Shown here piece after piece: positions 19,414 through 29,146 of a DNA stretch of 64,000 bases. The position numbers and the translations under genes were made by a program. Below the pieces are notes generated by a model. The model saw nothing but the letters and a program-made list of their open reading frames with translations. It was not told where the DNA came from and searched no databases. The DNA is from an uncultured Bacillaceae bacterium (GTDB taxonomy: Bacteria; Bacillota; Bacilli; Caldalkalibacillales; Caldalkalibacillaceae). Location of the stretch: NCBI GenBank assembly GCA_937967685.1, contig CALBTX010000114.1:5570-69569 (forward strand), written 5' to 3'. Within the stretch, counting starts at the first letter, position 1. Each line of letters opens with the position of its first letter.

Positions 19414-20343
19414 TCAGTTCCTGTCTGATTCGGTGTCATCCAAGCGGCTCTTAAATTCTTCCGCGGCACTGTACCCTTGCTGCATCAAATACCAGTTGTT
19501 CGCCGCCGCTTCGATGAGGCCGGCCACATCGCGGCCGGGTTGAAGCTGAATTTGAATATGGGGAATGCGAACATCCATATATTCGATATATTTCGATTCA
19601 AGTTCCAACTCATTGTTCAGAGAGTCTTTTTCCCATTTCGTCAGCTCGATGTCAAGGGCGATGCGCGTCTCGTCCTGAAACGCTTTTCTGCCGTATAAAC
19701 GAACGACATTTAACAAGCCGACACTGCGCAAGGCGAGAAATTCTTTATTGACTTCATTATGTGTTCCCAACAGGGTTTGGGGGCTCAGTTTTTTAAGAAC
19801 AACGATATCATCGGCCACAAGCCTGTGTCCCCGACCGATCAGCGTATGCGCTGTTTCGCTTTTGCCCACACCTGATTTGCCCCTGACTAATACGCCCAAC
19901 CCGGACACGTTGACACAAACGCCATGCACGGCAATTTCCGGGGCCAACTCTTTAGCCAAATAAGTATCAATCATGGCGATAAATTCGGCTGTCGATTGCT
20001 GGGTAAGCAGCAAAGGGATCCCTTCCTGCTCACAAAATTGGGTTAAATAAGTCAAGCCTTCTTGACCAGCGGTCACGATAAAACAGGGCGGATGATATTT
20101 GACAATATTGCCGATGCGCAGTTTGCGCTCTTCAACACTTAACTGATGCAAGAAGCTGATTTCTTTTTGGCCCAGTATTTGCACCCTTTCCATTGGAAAG
20201 AAATCAAAATAGCCGATAAACTCCAAACCCGGCCGGTGAGTCTTGGTCTTTTTGATCGTTCGCCGGAGATGATGGCTTGCTGCAAGCACTTGTAATGAAA
20301 ATTTTTTAACCAAATTCCCTACAGTAATTGATTTTTCATCCAT
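19414..20343 (-). CDS. hprK: HPr kinase/phosphorylase
   Basis: GKSGVGKSE P-loop, GHRLVADD signature and PGRDVAGLIEAAA C-terminal motif. ATG at 20343 (MDEKSITVG...). Confidence 0.9.
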   Translation of the reverse strand: MDEKSITVGNLVKKFSLQVLAASHHLRRTIKKTKTHRPGLEFIGYFDFFPMERVQILGQKEISFLHQLSVEERKLRIGNIVKYHPPCFIVTAGQEGLTYLTQFCEQEGIPLLLTQQSTAEFIAMIDTYLAKELAPEIAVHGVCVNVSGLGVLVRGKSGVGKSETAHTLIGRGHRLVADDIVVLKKLSPQTLLGTHNEVNKEFLALRSVGLLNVVRLYGRKAFQDETRIALDIELTKWEKDSLNNELELESKYIEYMDVRIPHIQIQLQPGRDVAGLIEAAANNWYLMQQGYSAAEEFKSRLDDTESDRN

Positions 20344-20383
20344 CGTCTTTCTTCCCTTCGTCAACATCACATCTACCATTGTA

Positions 20384-20432
20384 AATAAAAAAACCGCATA
20401 TTGCACCCCTTGTAAAGGCTTACAATATACGG
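20384..20432 (-). terminator. Strong intrinsic terminator inside the hprK 5' leader
   Basis: On the minus strand: CCGTATATTG-(19 nt with an inner CCTT/AAGG helix)-CAATATGCGG followed by TTTTTTT. It ends about 40 nt before the hprK ATG. Confidence 0.8.
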
Positions 20433-20493
20433 CACGGCTATAAAACCGAATATCTAAATGGATAGGAGTGGAGAGAAACCATACTGTATCTCT

Positions 20494-20521
20494 ATTATAG
20501 CCCCTCCACTCACTATGTCAA
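20494..20521 (-). promoter_or_regulatory. Near-consensus sigma-A promoter (TTGACA-16-TATAAT) with an upstream A-tract
   Basis: Minus strand reads aaaaaatagTTGACAtagtgagtggaggggcTATAATaga. Confidence 0.65.
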
Positions 20522-20604
20522 CTATTTTTTTAACATTTATTTGATTTTAACATTTAAAAGACGCTGTTCATCAAATGCCTGCGCGCCTGTTCAACCGATC
20601 ACGC

Positions 20605-21948
20605 TTATCTGAACTGTACTTGAACGCCTAATGAGGCCAATATGGAGAAGAACGTCGGGCATGTTTTCGATACGCAACCGGGATCGGAAATGCGCACGCC
20701 CGGTATTTTCGTTCCCAACAGAGCGAAGACCATCGCCTGGCGATGATCGTCATGAGGATCCAGAAGCGTTCCTTGCAGACGATTTCCCGGCCGAATTTCA
20801 AACCCATCGGCAAACTCCTGGACATTTGCTCCCAATCGTTTCAACGCTTCACAAATGACCGCAATCCGGTCTGATTCATGTTTCCTAATATGAGGCACGT
20901 TGTACACCCTGATGGGTCCGTCGGCAAATGGAGCCAGAGCGGCGAGCGTGATGGCTTGATCAGACATGGGTTTCATATCCACTGCAAATCCCCCGCGCAA
21001 CTTTTCCGGGCCGGTCACTTGCAAGAAATGCTCCCCCTTTTCACACCGACACCCCATTTTTTCCAATACATCGATAAATTTGGCATCAGGTTGCGCAGAA
21101 TGATAACCGACATTCGTAATGCGTATCGTACCGCCGGTCAAAGCCGCCAAACTTAAGAAATAACAAGCCGTGGAGGCATCTGCCTCAAGCGTTAATCGCC
21201 GCCCGGCATATCCCGTCGGGTAAACCGTGAATGCTTCCATTTGGCCGAAACGTTCCACTTTGGCGCCGAATTGCTCCATCAGTTGCAACGTGATTTCGAT
21301 ATAAGAAGGCTGAACCAAACCGTTTGTCACCCGAATATTGACCGGACCTTGCGCATAACTGCTGGCCATTAAGAGGCCGCTTAAAAATTGGCTGGAAACA
21401 TTTCCGGCAATCTGGACCTGCCCCCCCTTCAGCGTTTGACCAGACACTTTAAGAGGCAGTCCCCGATGATCCGTGACATATTCAATCTCGGCGCCGAGTT
21501 CTCTTAAAGCTTGTATTAACGGCTCCAAAGGGCGATTTCTCAACTGGTCCGTTCCGTCCACAAGCCAGCTTCCTTCCGGGCTGACCGCCAAAGCACCGGG
21601 CAAAAATCGGGCGATCGTACCCGCCGAACCAATAAACAGTTCGCCGTTTCGATTCTGCCATCGTCCGGCACAACCTTCAAGCCGCACTTGATCATCGTTA
21701 ATTTCAGTGGTGATCCCCAACCTTTTCAAAGCATCTAGGCACCAATAGGAATCATCACTTTTCAAGATGCCGTTGAGAATGGACTCTCCTCTGGCCAGCG
21801 CCGCAATCAACAAAGCGCGGTTCGTGTAGCTTTTCGAACCCGGGATTTGCAGGCTCCCATGGACGGGCTTGGTCACGGGGGTGATTTCGACCAGCTCTTT
21901 ATCGACGGCGCCAGCCCAGGGAGACCTCGAACTGACAGGCTGTGACAA
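20605..21948 (-). CDS. aroA: 3-phosphoshikimate 1-carboxyvinyltransferase (EPSP synthase)
   Basis: PGSKSYTNRALLIAAL motif. Sits at the position of B. subtilis aroE. Confidence 0.95.
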   Translation of the reverse strand: MSQPVSSRSPWAGAVDKELVEITPVTKPVHGSLQIPGSKSYTNRALLIAALARGESILNGILKSDDSYWCLDALKRLGITTEINDDQVRLEGCAGRWQNRNGELFIGSAGTIARFLPGALAVSPEGSWLVDGTDQLRNRPLEPLIQALRELGAEIEYVTDHRGLPLKVSGQTLKGGQVQIAGNVSSQFLSGLLMASSYAQGPVNIRVTNGLVQPSYIEITLQLMEQFGAKVERFGQMEAFTVYPTGYAGRRLTLEADASTACYFLSLAALTGGTIRITNVGYHSAQPDAKFIDVLEKMGCRCEKGEHFLQVTGPEKLRGGFAVDMKPMSDQAITLAALAPFADGPIRVYNVPHIRKHESDRIAVICEALKRLGANVQEFADGFEIRPGNRLQGTLLDPHDDHRQAMVFALLGTKIPGVRISDPGCVSKTCPTFFSILASLGVQVQFR

Positions 21949-21979
21949 TGATACACATCCTCCTTTTGACTGTCCAACA

Positions 21980-23086
21980 TTAGGGGCGATAAACGAGATA
22001 ATGAGCGTCTTGCATCACTTTCTCCGCTTTCTCCATATCGGATTCATTGCGAAAACTGAGACGCAATACACCCATAATATCTTCTCTCGTTTCCAAAATG
22101 GCAATATTGGTAATGCTGATCTCATGAATACCTAATAGCGTCGTAATTTGTCCAATGACACCGGGATGGTCGGGAATATCCACGTACAGATCAAAAAAGC
22201 TGGGAATCGCGCCTTGATTTTTCTCCGGCAACTCATCACGCACTTGTTTAGCATGGGCAAAAAAAGACTCGATCCGCTCTGCGTCCCTCGATTCAATCAT
22301 TTCACTCACTTCCTGCATGCGCTTGATCCAATCCTTCAGCTGGCTCACCAATAATGAATGATTGCTGAGGACAATATCCCGCCACATGCGCGGACTGGAA
22401 GAGGCGATGCGGGTGATATCCCGGAACCCTCCGGCCGCCAGCCGAAAATACCACTCATTCTGTTGTTGATAGTCAAAAACGTGTTCGACTAACGACGAAG
22501 CAATGACGTGAGGAAAATGACTGATCGCCCCGACGACTTCATCATGCTCTTGCGCACTCATTTGGATGATTTGCGCACGGGTACATGCCAACAACTCCTT
22601 CAAAGTCTGCAAATGCTCCGGGTTGGTCTGTTTGGACGGCGTTAGCACATAATAGGCATTTTCAAACAGGCGGTCGTTTGCCGCTTCCACACCCGATTTG
22701 TGTGAACCGGCCATCGGATGTCCGCCGATGAAAATGCCTTTGCTTTGAGCGGAAAACTGTTCACTGAGCGAGACGATACGGCTTTTCGTGCTCCCAACGT
22801 CGGTGATTATACACCCTTCTTTTATATGCGCTGAGAGCAACACCGGTTTAAGCAGCTCACACAACGTTTGAACCGGGGTGCACAAAAAGACGAAGTCTGC
22901 TTGCCCCAGCGCCCTGTCCAAATCGGTATATCCTTCATCAATCACACCTAGGGACTGCGCCAAATGCAGGCGGGAATCCTGCTTGTCATAAGCGTGAATG
23001 ACAATGTCTTCACGCAATCTTTTTTTCAGGCAAAGGGCGATGGAGCCTCCGATTAAGCCGACACCAATGATGGCCACTTTTTTCAT
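21980..23086 (-). CDS. tyrA: Prephenate dehydrogenase with C-terminal ACT domain
   Basis: VAIIGVGLIGGS Rossmann motif and HPMAG. Synteny supports the call. Confidence 0.93.
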   Translation of the reverse strand: MKKVAIIGVGLIGGSIALCLKKRLREDIVIHAYDKQDSRLHLAQSLGVIDEGYTDLDRALGQADFVFLCTPVQTLCELLKPVLLSAHIKEGCIITDVGSTKSRIVSLSEQFSAQSKGIFIGGHPMAGSHKSGVEAANDRLFENAYYVLTPSKQTNPEHLQTLKELLACTRAQIIQMSAQEHDEVVGAISHFPHVIASSLVEHVFDYQQQNEWYFRLAAGGFRDITRIASSSPRMWRDIVLSNHSLLVSQLKDWIKRMQEVSEMIESRDAERIESFFAHAKQVRDELPEKNQGAIPSFFDLYVDIPDHPGVIGQITTLLGIHEISITNIAILETREDIMGVLRLSFRNESDMEKAEKVMQDAHYLVYRP

Positions 23087-24174
23087 GACACATTTTTCAC
23101 CATTCGTTCTAAGACGTGAATAATCCGTTCATTTTGCGCTTCAGTGCCGATCGTAATGCGCAAAGACGTCGGATAGCCCAGCGCTTCCCCGGAGCGGACG
23201 ATAATGCCTTGTTTCAACAAAGCTTCAAAACACTGATGTGCCGGACGGTTGACATCGACCATGATAAAATTGGCTTCAGTCGGGAAGTACGACAGGCCCA
23301 ACTGTTGAAAAGCGGCGTAAAATTGCTCTTTTCCCGCACGGTTTCTTTGCACGCATTGGCGCATGTACGCTTGATCTCTCAGAGCGGCTATGGCCGCTTT
23401 TTGAGCCACTCTGGACGTATTAAACGGCGCGCGGACCTTGTTCAAATGGTCGATCAGATCGGGATGGCCGATGCCATAGCCAATGCGTAAAGCAGCCAAA
23501 CCGTACACTTTGGAAAAAGTGCGTAAAATGAGTACATTGGAGTGTTTGTCCAGCAGAGCCAATGAGTCCGGATAATCTTTTGCTGTCACGTATTCATAAT
23601 ACGCTTCATCAACGACGACCAAAACATCGCTGGGCAGTGACTCCAACAGGTTGGCTAACGCATCATGCGGGACATACGTGCCTGACGGATTGTTCGGATT
23701 GCACACCCAAACCACCCTTGTCCGCTGATTGACTCGCTTGCTCATTGCCTCTAAATCATGCACCCCGTCTTTCAGAGGCACTTCAATGATCTCAGCCCCT
23801 TCGATCAGCGCATTGATTTTGTACTCGGCAAACGAAGGGGTGGCCATCACCGTATTCGTGTCCGGTGAAAGAAAAGTACGGCAAATGAATTGGACGATTT
23901 CATCAGAACCGTTGCCAAAAATTAACTGATTCTGATCGATATGATAAAAATGGGCCACCGCCTCGCGCAGTTCGGCGGCATACCCGTCAGGATAAACGGC
24001 CAGCTCAGAAAATTCTTCCCGCATCGCCTGCTGCACAAGGGGCGACGGACCGAACGGGTTTTCATTCGAAGCTAGCTTGATCACTTCATCCAATTGGTAT
24101 TCCCGCTTCACTTCCTCGATCGGTTTTCCGGGTTCATATACGGGAACATCGATGATATGTTTTTTGGGCTTCAT
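23083..24174 (-). CDS. hisC: Histidinol-phosphate / aromatic aminotransferase
   Basis: Class-II aminotransferase with LASNENPFGPS and TFSKVYGLAALRIGY (PLP lysine). Confidence 0.93.
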   Translation of the reverse strand: MKPKKHIIDVPVYEPGKPIEEVKREYQLDEVIKLASNENPFGPSPLVQQAMREEFSELAVYPDGYAAELREAVAHFYHIDQNQLIFGNGSDEIVQFICRTFLSPDTNTVMATPSFAEYKINALIEGAEIIEVPLKDGVHDLEAMSKRVNQRTRVVWVCNPNNPSGTYVPHDALANLLESLPSDVLVVVDEAYYEYVTAKDYPDSLALLDKHSNVLILRTFSKVYGLAALRIGYGIGHPDLIDHLNKVRAPFNTSRVAQKAAIAALRDQAYMRQCVQRNRAGKEQFYAAFQQLGLSYFPTEANFIMVDVNRPAHQCFEALLKQGIIVRSGEALGYPTSLRITIGTEAQNERIIHVLERMVKNVS

Positions 24175-24269
24175 CTGCTTTCACCTCTATTGATCCTTTG
24201 TTCTGCTGATGATCTATTGTTCTGTTGAGATGAGATCAGTCTGTCGACCTGCATTTAATGTCTAGTTTA

Positions 24270-25148
24270 CTATGAATTCGCATTTGAAAATAGACCTTGG
24301 ACAAAAGTTTTTATTTCTAGCAAAGCCTGTTGTTTTGTTTTCCCGTCGCCAAACAGCGCCCGCCGTTCAGTGATCAAGTTGATCAGCGCACTGCCGATAA
24401 TGATTCCATCGGCCATGGAAGACAGTTGTTCAACATGCTCTCTTTTGGAGACACCGAAACCGACCGCAAGCGGTTTATCCGTATGCCTGCGAATGCGCTT
24501 CAAAAAATCATCGAGTTGCGCGGACAGATTTTCCCGGACGCCGGTCACTCCTAAAGAAGAAATACAGTATATGAATCCTTCGGCCTGACTGACAATGCGG
24601 CGAATCCGCTCTTTTGACGTCGGCGCCACCAAGGAAATGTAAACCAGATCATTCTGCCGACAAGCCCGCCGCACATGATCAGCTTCTTCATGGGGAAGAT
24701 CGGGTATCAACACGCCGTTTGCCCCAACTTCGCGAGCTTTCTTAGCAAACAGATCCAAACCAAATTGGAAGATAGGGTTATAATAGCAAAAAATAATCAG
24801 CGGGATGGTCAGTCCCGCTTGACGCATTGATCTAACGAGTTCCAATCCTTTGGAAAAAGTCATGCCGTTGGCCAACGCCGCTTGACTGGAGGCTTGAATG
24901 ACAGGCCCGTCGGCCAGAGGATCGGAATAAGGAAAACCGACTTCCAAGATGGAAGCTCCGGCATCTTGCAAAGCAAGCGCAATATCAATGGAATCTGCGT
25001 AAGTCGGATATCCCCCGGTGATGAAAGGAATGAACGCCGGTTTGCCTTGGCGCTTTTTTTCTTGAAAAGCATCTTCTACCGATTGCCGTGTCTTTGTGCC
25101 ACACGTACTTTCCCTTGATCCTGAGGGGTTGTCCTGGCCGAAAGCCAT
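24270..25148 (-). CDS. trpA: Tryptophan synthase alpha chain (about 20-aa N-terminal extension)
   Basis: FIPFITGGYP...GFPYSDPLADGPVIQ motifs. Confidence 0.93.
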   Translation of the reverse strand: MAFGQDNPSGSRESTCGTKTRQSVEDAFQEKKRQGKPAFIPFITGGYPTYADSIDIALALQDAGASILEVGFPYSDPLADGPVIQASSQAALANGMTFSKGLELVRSMRQAGLTIPLIIFCYYNPIFQFGLDLFAKKAREVGANGVLIPDLPHEEADHVRRACRQNDLVYISLVAPTSKERIRRIVSQAEGFIYCISSLGVTGVRENLSAQLDDFLKRIRRHTDKPLAVGFGVSKREHVEQLSSMADGIIIGSALINLITERRALFGDGKTKQQALLEIKTFVQGLFSNANS

Positions 25149-25190
25149 ACATGCTCCACTCCTTTTTAAATATTTAAATAATGATCAGTC

Positions 25191-25283
25191 TTCTATACGT
25201 AAACCTGATCAAACTTTTTAACGTCAACTTGACCAGCTTTTTTACGTAGACTTGACCGAGTTTCTATGCGTCATCCTATTCTC
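25191..25283. repeat. About 23-nt tandem repeat x3-4 in the trpB-trpA spacer
   Basis: Units are ttctatacgtaaacctgatcaaac / tttttaacgtcaacttgaccagc / ttttttacgtagacttgaccgag / tttctatgcgtcatcctattctc (weaker). Confidence 0.75.
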
Positions 25284-25310
25284 TCTGACGGCTCTAAGTT
25301 TCTCCCGTGC

Positions 25311-26531
25311 TTATGCATGCGGATGACTTAACGTTTGCTCAATCGTCTGCACATCCTTATCTCCCCGTCCCGACAGGCAAACGACGATCAGCTCGCCTGC
25401 TTCTGCAATGTGTGCTCTTTTTTTGGCTTCGGCCAAAGCATGGGCACTTTCAATCGCCGGCAAAATCCCTTCGGTTTGACACAAATCCTGCAAGGCGTTC
25501 AACGCCGCTGCATCAGTGGCGCTCGCATACTCCACGCGATTCGCCGCGGCCAAGTAGGCATGTTCGGGACCGACACCGGGATAGTCCAAACCTGCGGAGA
25601 TGGAGTGTGCTTCTTGAATTTGCCCCTGCTCATCCTGCAGCACATAGGTCATCATGCCGTGCAGCACCCCTTTTTTTCCTTTTGTAATCGTGGCCGCATG
25701 TTCGGAAGTATCCAATCCTTTTCCAGCTGCCTCCACACCGACCAGGCGGACTTGATCATCCGCTAAGAACGGGTAAAACATGCCCATCGCATTGCTTCCC
25801 CCGCCGACACAAGCGATGATCGTATCTGGCAAACGGTTTTCTTTTTCCATGATTTGGCGTTTCGTTTCATCGCCGATAATACGCTGAAAATCACGCACCA
25901 TTTGCGGATAAGGATGCGGTCCGACGACAGAGCCGATAATATAATGGCAATCATCGACATGACTCACCCAATAGCGAATGGCTTCATTGGTCGCATCTTT
26001 TAGCGTTTGCGATCCGGAACGGACAGGGATGACTTCCGCGCCGAGTAATTTCATGCGAAACACATTTAACGATTGCCGCCTGACATCTTCCTCACCCATA
26101 AACACTTTGCACGATAAACCGAAACGGGCGGCCACTGTGGCCGAAGCCACACCATGTTGCCCCGCACCCGTCTCGGCAATGATGTTTTGTTTGCCCATTT
26201 TTTTAGCCAGCAGCGCCTGTCCGAGCGCATTGTTAATTTTATGAGCACCGGTATGGTTTAAATCTTCTCTTTTTAAATAAATGACCGCTTTATTCCCCCA
26301 TGCTTCACTCAGGCGTTCGGCGCAATAAAGCGAGGTCGGGCGCCCCGCATATTCGCGGAGCAAACGTAAATACTCCCGCTGGAACGATTCATCCTCAGCG
26401 ATCCGGGCATACGCCTCTTTCAATTCTTCAATGGCGTTCATTAAAGTTTCCGGGACAAAGGATCCTCCGAACTCTCCAAAACGCCCGTTGTCATCCGGAT
26501 AGACATAAACTTTCCGATCAGAATTGAGCAT
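25311..26531 (-). CDS. trpB: Tryptophan synthase beta chain
   Basis: [14 protein letters not shown]-lysine motif and GGGSNA. Confidence 0.96.
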   Translation of the reverse strand: MLNSDRKVYVYPDDNGRFGEFGGSFVPETLMNAIEELKEAYARIAEDESFQREYLRLLREYAGRPTSLYCAERLSEAWGNKAVIYLKREDLNHTGAHKINNALGQALLAKKMGKQNIIAETGAGQHGVASATVAARFGLSCKVFMGEEDVRRQSLNVFRMKLLGAEVIPVRSGSQTLKDATNEAIRYWVSHVDDCHYIIGSVVGPHPYPQMVRDFQRIIGDETKRQIMEKENRLPDTIIACVGGGSNAMGMFYPFLADDQVRLVGVEAAGKGLDTSEHAATITKGKKGVLHGMMTYVLQDEQGQIQEAHSISAGLDYPGVGPEHAYLAAANRVEYASATDAAALNALQDLCQTEGILPAIESAHALAEAKKRAHIAEAGELIVVCLSGRGDKDVQTIEQTLSHPHA

Positions 26532-27297
26532 GTTGATGAACTCCTTTGAGCAACGCTTTAATTTTCTCTCCGTCTTTGCCGAAATCAGTTTCTACTCCGC
26601 TGGATACATCGATTCCGTCGATCGGAAAATCACGCACCAGTTCAGCCACATTGTCCGGGGTGATGCCTCCGGCAATCATTAAGGAAAGGGGAGCCTCTCC
26701 GGAAGCATTCCCTGATCCGCGTATGTGCCGATCGATGCCTCTTTCGGCCTGATCCATTATGTGGCGAATTTCGGGAATGACGGACCAATCGAACGTGACA
26801 CCGGTACCGCCTGACCGCCCTTTCACTTTCGTATCTAATAATATACTATCGACCACATTTAAGTAAGACCCGAGGCTGTACTGATCTGATTTTGTTATGG
26901 GCAGGTCTTTGGAAATGGCATCGGCAGCAGCCGGCAAACGGTGCCTTTGTTTGCGATCGATGGCGATCACCTTCCAAATTTCAAACCTCCGCTTCTCGCG
27001 CAAGCGGCGGCAATAATCAGGACTTTCTTTCCCGTGCAGCTGAATGCGCGCGATGCCGGTAAGAGCGGTCGTTTCCAGTATTTCTTCTTCAGGTTGGTCG
27101 AGAAAAACCGCGACCGCTTTTTCCCGCAATGGCGGATATTTGCCCAGCCAAACGGCGACTTGATCAGCCGAAACAACCCGCTTGCTTTTCGGTGTGAAAA
27201 TAAAGCCGACATAATCAATGGCCGTTAAAAAAGGGACGATGGTCTCAACGTCCTCATCCCGGTGATGACCGCATATTTTTACTTTCAGACCGCTCAC
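26518..27297 (-). CDS. trpF: N-(5'-phosphoribosyl)anthranilate isomerase (259 aa, carries insertions)
   Basis: KICG start, QLHG and [10 protein letters not shown] motifs. About 45 aa longer than typical TrpF. Confidence 0.9.
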   Translation of the reverse strand: MSGLKVKICGHHRDEDVETIVPFLTAIDYVGFIFTPKSKRVVSADQVAVWLGKYPPLREKAVAVFLDQPEEEILETTALTGIARIQLHGKESPDYCRRLREKRRFEIWKVIAIDRKQRHRLPAAADAISKDLPITKSDQYSLGSYLNVVDSILLDTKVKGRSGGTGVTFDWSVIPEIRHIMDQAERGIDRHIRGSGNASGEAPLSLMIAGGITPDNVAELVRDFPIDGIDVSSGVETDFGKDGEKIKALLKGVHQHAQF

Positions 27298-27351
27298 TGG
27301 CTCACTCCCTTTCTGCCGGAGACTGGTGTTGGCTTCGCGTTAGATTCGGCC

Positions 27352-28125
27352 TCAAGTATAAAGCGCTGCCACGGCCTTTTCCAGTTCATTTTGCCTCATC
27401 AAGTATTCTCCGATTAAAAAGCCGTTGACTCCAAGCTGTTCCAGCGTGCGCATCGTTCGGGCATCATGTATCCCGCTTTCAGAGATGACCAAGGTGCCTT
27501 CGGGAACGTAAGGAAGAAGCGTTTTCGTCACTTCGGGACTGGTGCTGAACGTTGTCAAATCCCGGTTGTTAATGCCAATCAACTTGGGCTTAATTTTGGA
27601 AAAAACACGCTGAATTTCTTCTCGAGTGGACACTTCGATGAGACAGTCCAGACCGACTTGGCCTGCCAATTCATAAAGATCAGCCAATAATTCGGCAGAA
27701 AGCGCCTTGGCAATCAAAAGGATGGCATCCGCGCCAAGCTCGACACTTTGTTGGATTTGCAGTGGATCGACAATAAAATCCTTGCGTAGAACGGGAAGTT
27801 GAACTTTTTCTTTAATTTGGGCGATAAATGAAGGGTCGCCTTGAAAATACGTTTGGTCCGTTAATACGGAAAGGCAATCGGCTCCCGCCCGTTCGTACGC
27901 CTGGGCGATCTGAACGGGATGAAAATCTTTGCGCAGCACACCTTTGGACGGGGAAGCTTTTTTGATCTCAGCAATTAATGCCGAACGACGCTTCGGCTTT
28001 TGCAAGGCTTCCATGAATGAATATGTCGGTATCGGTCGCTCCTGAACGGTGAGCTGATAATGATAGTTGGATGCATACAGTTGCCGAACTTCATCCTTTT
28101 TCGTCTTTAAAATTTGATCAAGCAT
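27352..28125 (-). CDS. trpC: Indole-3-glycerol phosphate synthase
   Basis: IAEIKKASPSKG, LRKDFI and INNRDL motifs. Confidence 0.95.
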   Translation of the reverse strand: MLDQILKTKKDEVRQLYASNYHYQLTVQERPIPTYSFMEALQKPKRRSALIAEIKKASPSKGVLRKDFHPVQIAQAYERAGADCLSVLTDQTYFQGDPSFIAQIKEKVQLPVLRKDFIVDPLQIQQSVELGADAILLIAKALSAELLADLYELAGQVGLDCLIEVSTREEIQRVFSKIKPKLIGINNRDLTTFSTSPEVTKTLLPYVPEGTLVISESGIHDARTMRTLEQLGVNGFLIGEYLMRQNELEKAVAALYT

Positions 28126-29146
28126 GTTTCAGGGCACCCTTTCTGGATATCATCCGCTGATAATGTTGCTGAACTTTCCCGCTGTCAAGCAATGCTTTGG
28201 CCAGTTGCACGCCTTCAGCCATGTTTTTTGCTTTGCCTCCCACATATAAAGCTGCCCCGGCATTAAAGGCAACGATGTTGTACGCTGCACTGCGATTGTT
28301 TCCGGCAAACACATCGCGGATTATGGCGGCGCTCTGGCTGGCATTTTGAACTTGAATATGTGTAAGAGGATATCGTTTTAAGCCGACTTCTTCTGGAGTC
28401 AGGAGATATTGCCGAATGGTGCCTGCTTTCAATTCGGTCACCCTGGTCGGCCCGGAAATGGATAATTCGTCCAAACCGTCTTCCCCTTTGACAATGAGCA
28501 CGTGACGCGAACCTAATTCCTTTAAGGTTTCGGCAATTTTTAGACTGTAGGCGTCATCATACACGCCGATCACCTGGTTTTTAGCTCCCGCCGGATTGGT
28601 CAGCGGTCCCAGCAGATTGAAAACCGTTCGGAAGCCGATTTCTTTACGGGTCGGGGCGACATGCTTCATCGCTTGATGATAAAGGGGGGCAAACATGAAG
28701 CACATATGATCCGTGCGCAAAGCCTCCCGTATGCCTTCCGCCGATATTTTGACGGGCAACCCGAGTTCTTCAAGGACATCGGCACTCCCGCTCAAACTGG
28801 AAACCGAACGGTTGCCGTGCTTGGCGATATTCAGGCCGGCTGACGAAGCGACAATGGCACTCGCCGTGGAAATGTTAAACGTGTTCGTTCCGTCTCCCCC
28901 TGTTCCACACGTATCAACCACAGGGGCCAAGTCATCGACAGGGACCATTAAAGCATGATCCCTCATCGCTTCAGTTAGACCGATCAATTCTTCCGTTTCG
29001 ATCCCCCTGAAACTCAACAACGTGATAAAACTGCTCATTTGTGACGGCGTCGCTTTTCCTTGCAGAATGATGCGCATCGCCTCATAACTCGTCTTCCTCG
29101 TCAAGATTTCTTTGTTCATCAGTTGACTGAGCACTTTTTTAAACAT
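28118..29146 (-). CDS. trpD: Anthranilate phosphoribosyltransferase
   Basis: DTCGTGGDGTNTFNIST motif. The internal ATG at 29146 overlaps the trpE stop. The 84-codon upstream extension lies inside trpE. Confidence 0.93.
   Translation of the reverse strand: MFKKVLSQLMNKEILTRKTSYEAMRIILQGKATPSQMSSFITLLSFRGIETEELIGLTEAMRDHALMVPVDDLAPVVDTCGTGGDGTNTFNISTASAIVASSAGLNIAKHGNRSVSSLSGSADVLEELGLPVKISAEGIREALRTDHMCFMFAPLYHQAMKHVAPTRKEIGFRTVFNLLGPLTNPAGAKNQVIGVYDDAYSLKIAETLKELGSRHVLIVKGEDGLDELSISGPTRVTELKAGTIRQYLLTPEEVGLKRYPLTHIQVQNASQSAAIIRDVFAGNNRSAAYNIVAFNAGAALYVGGKAKNMAEGVQLAKALLDSGKVQQHYQRMISRKGALKHA

Noticed and set aside
24187-24236. An imperfect direct repeat (ctattg...ttctgYtga) lies in the trpA-hisC spacer.
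   Set aside because: Too many indels and mismatches to call confidently by eye. It fits the general repeat pattern but is not reported as a feature.
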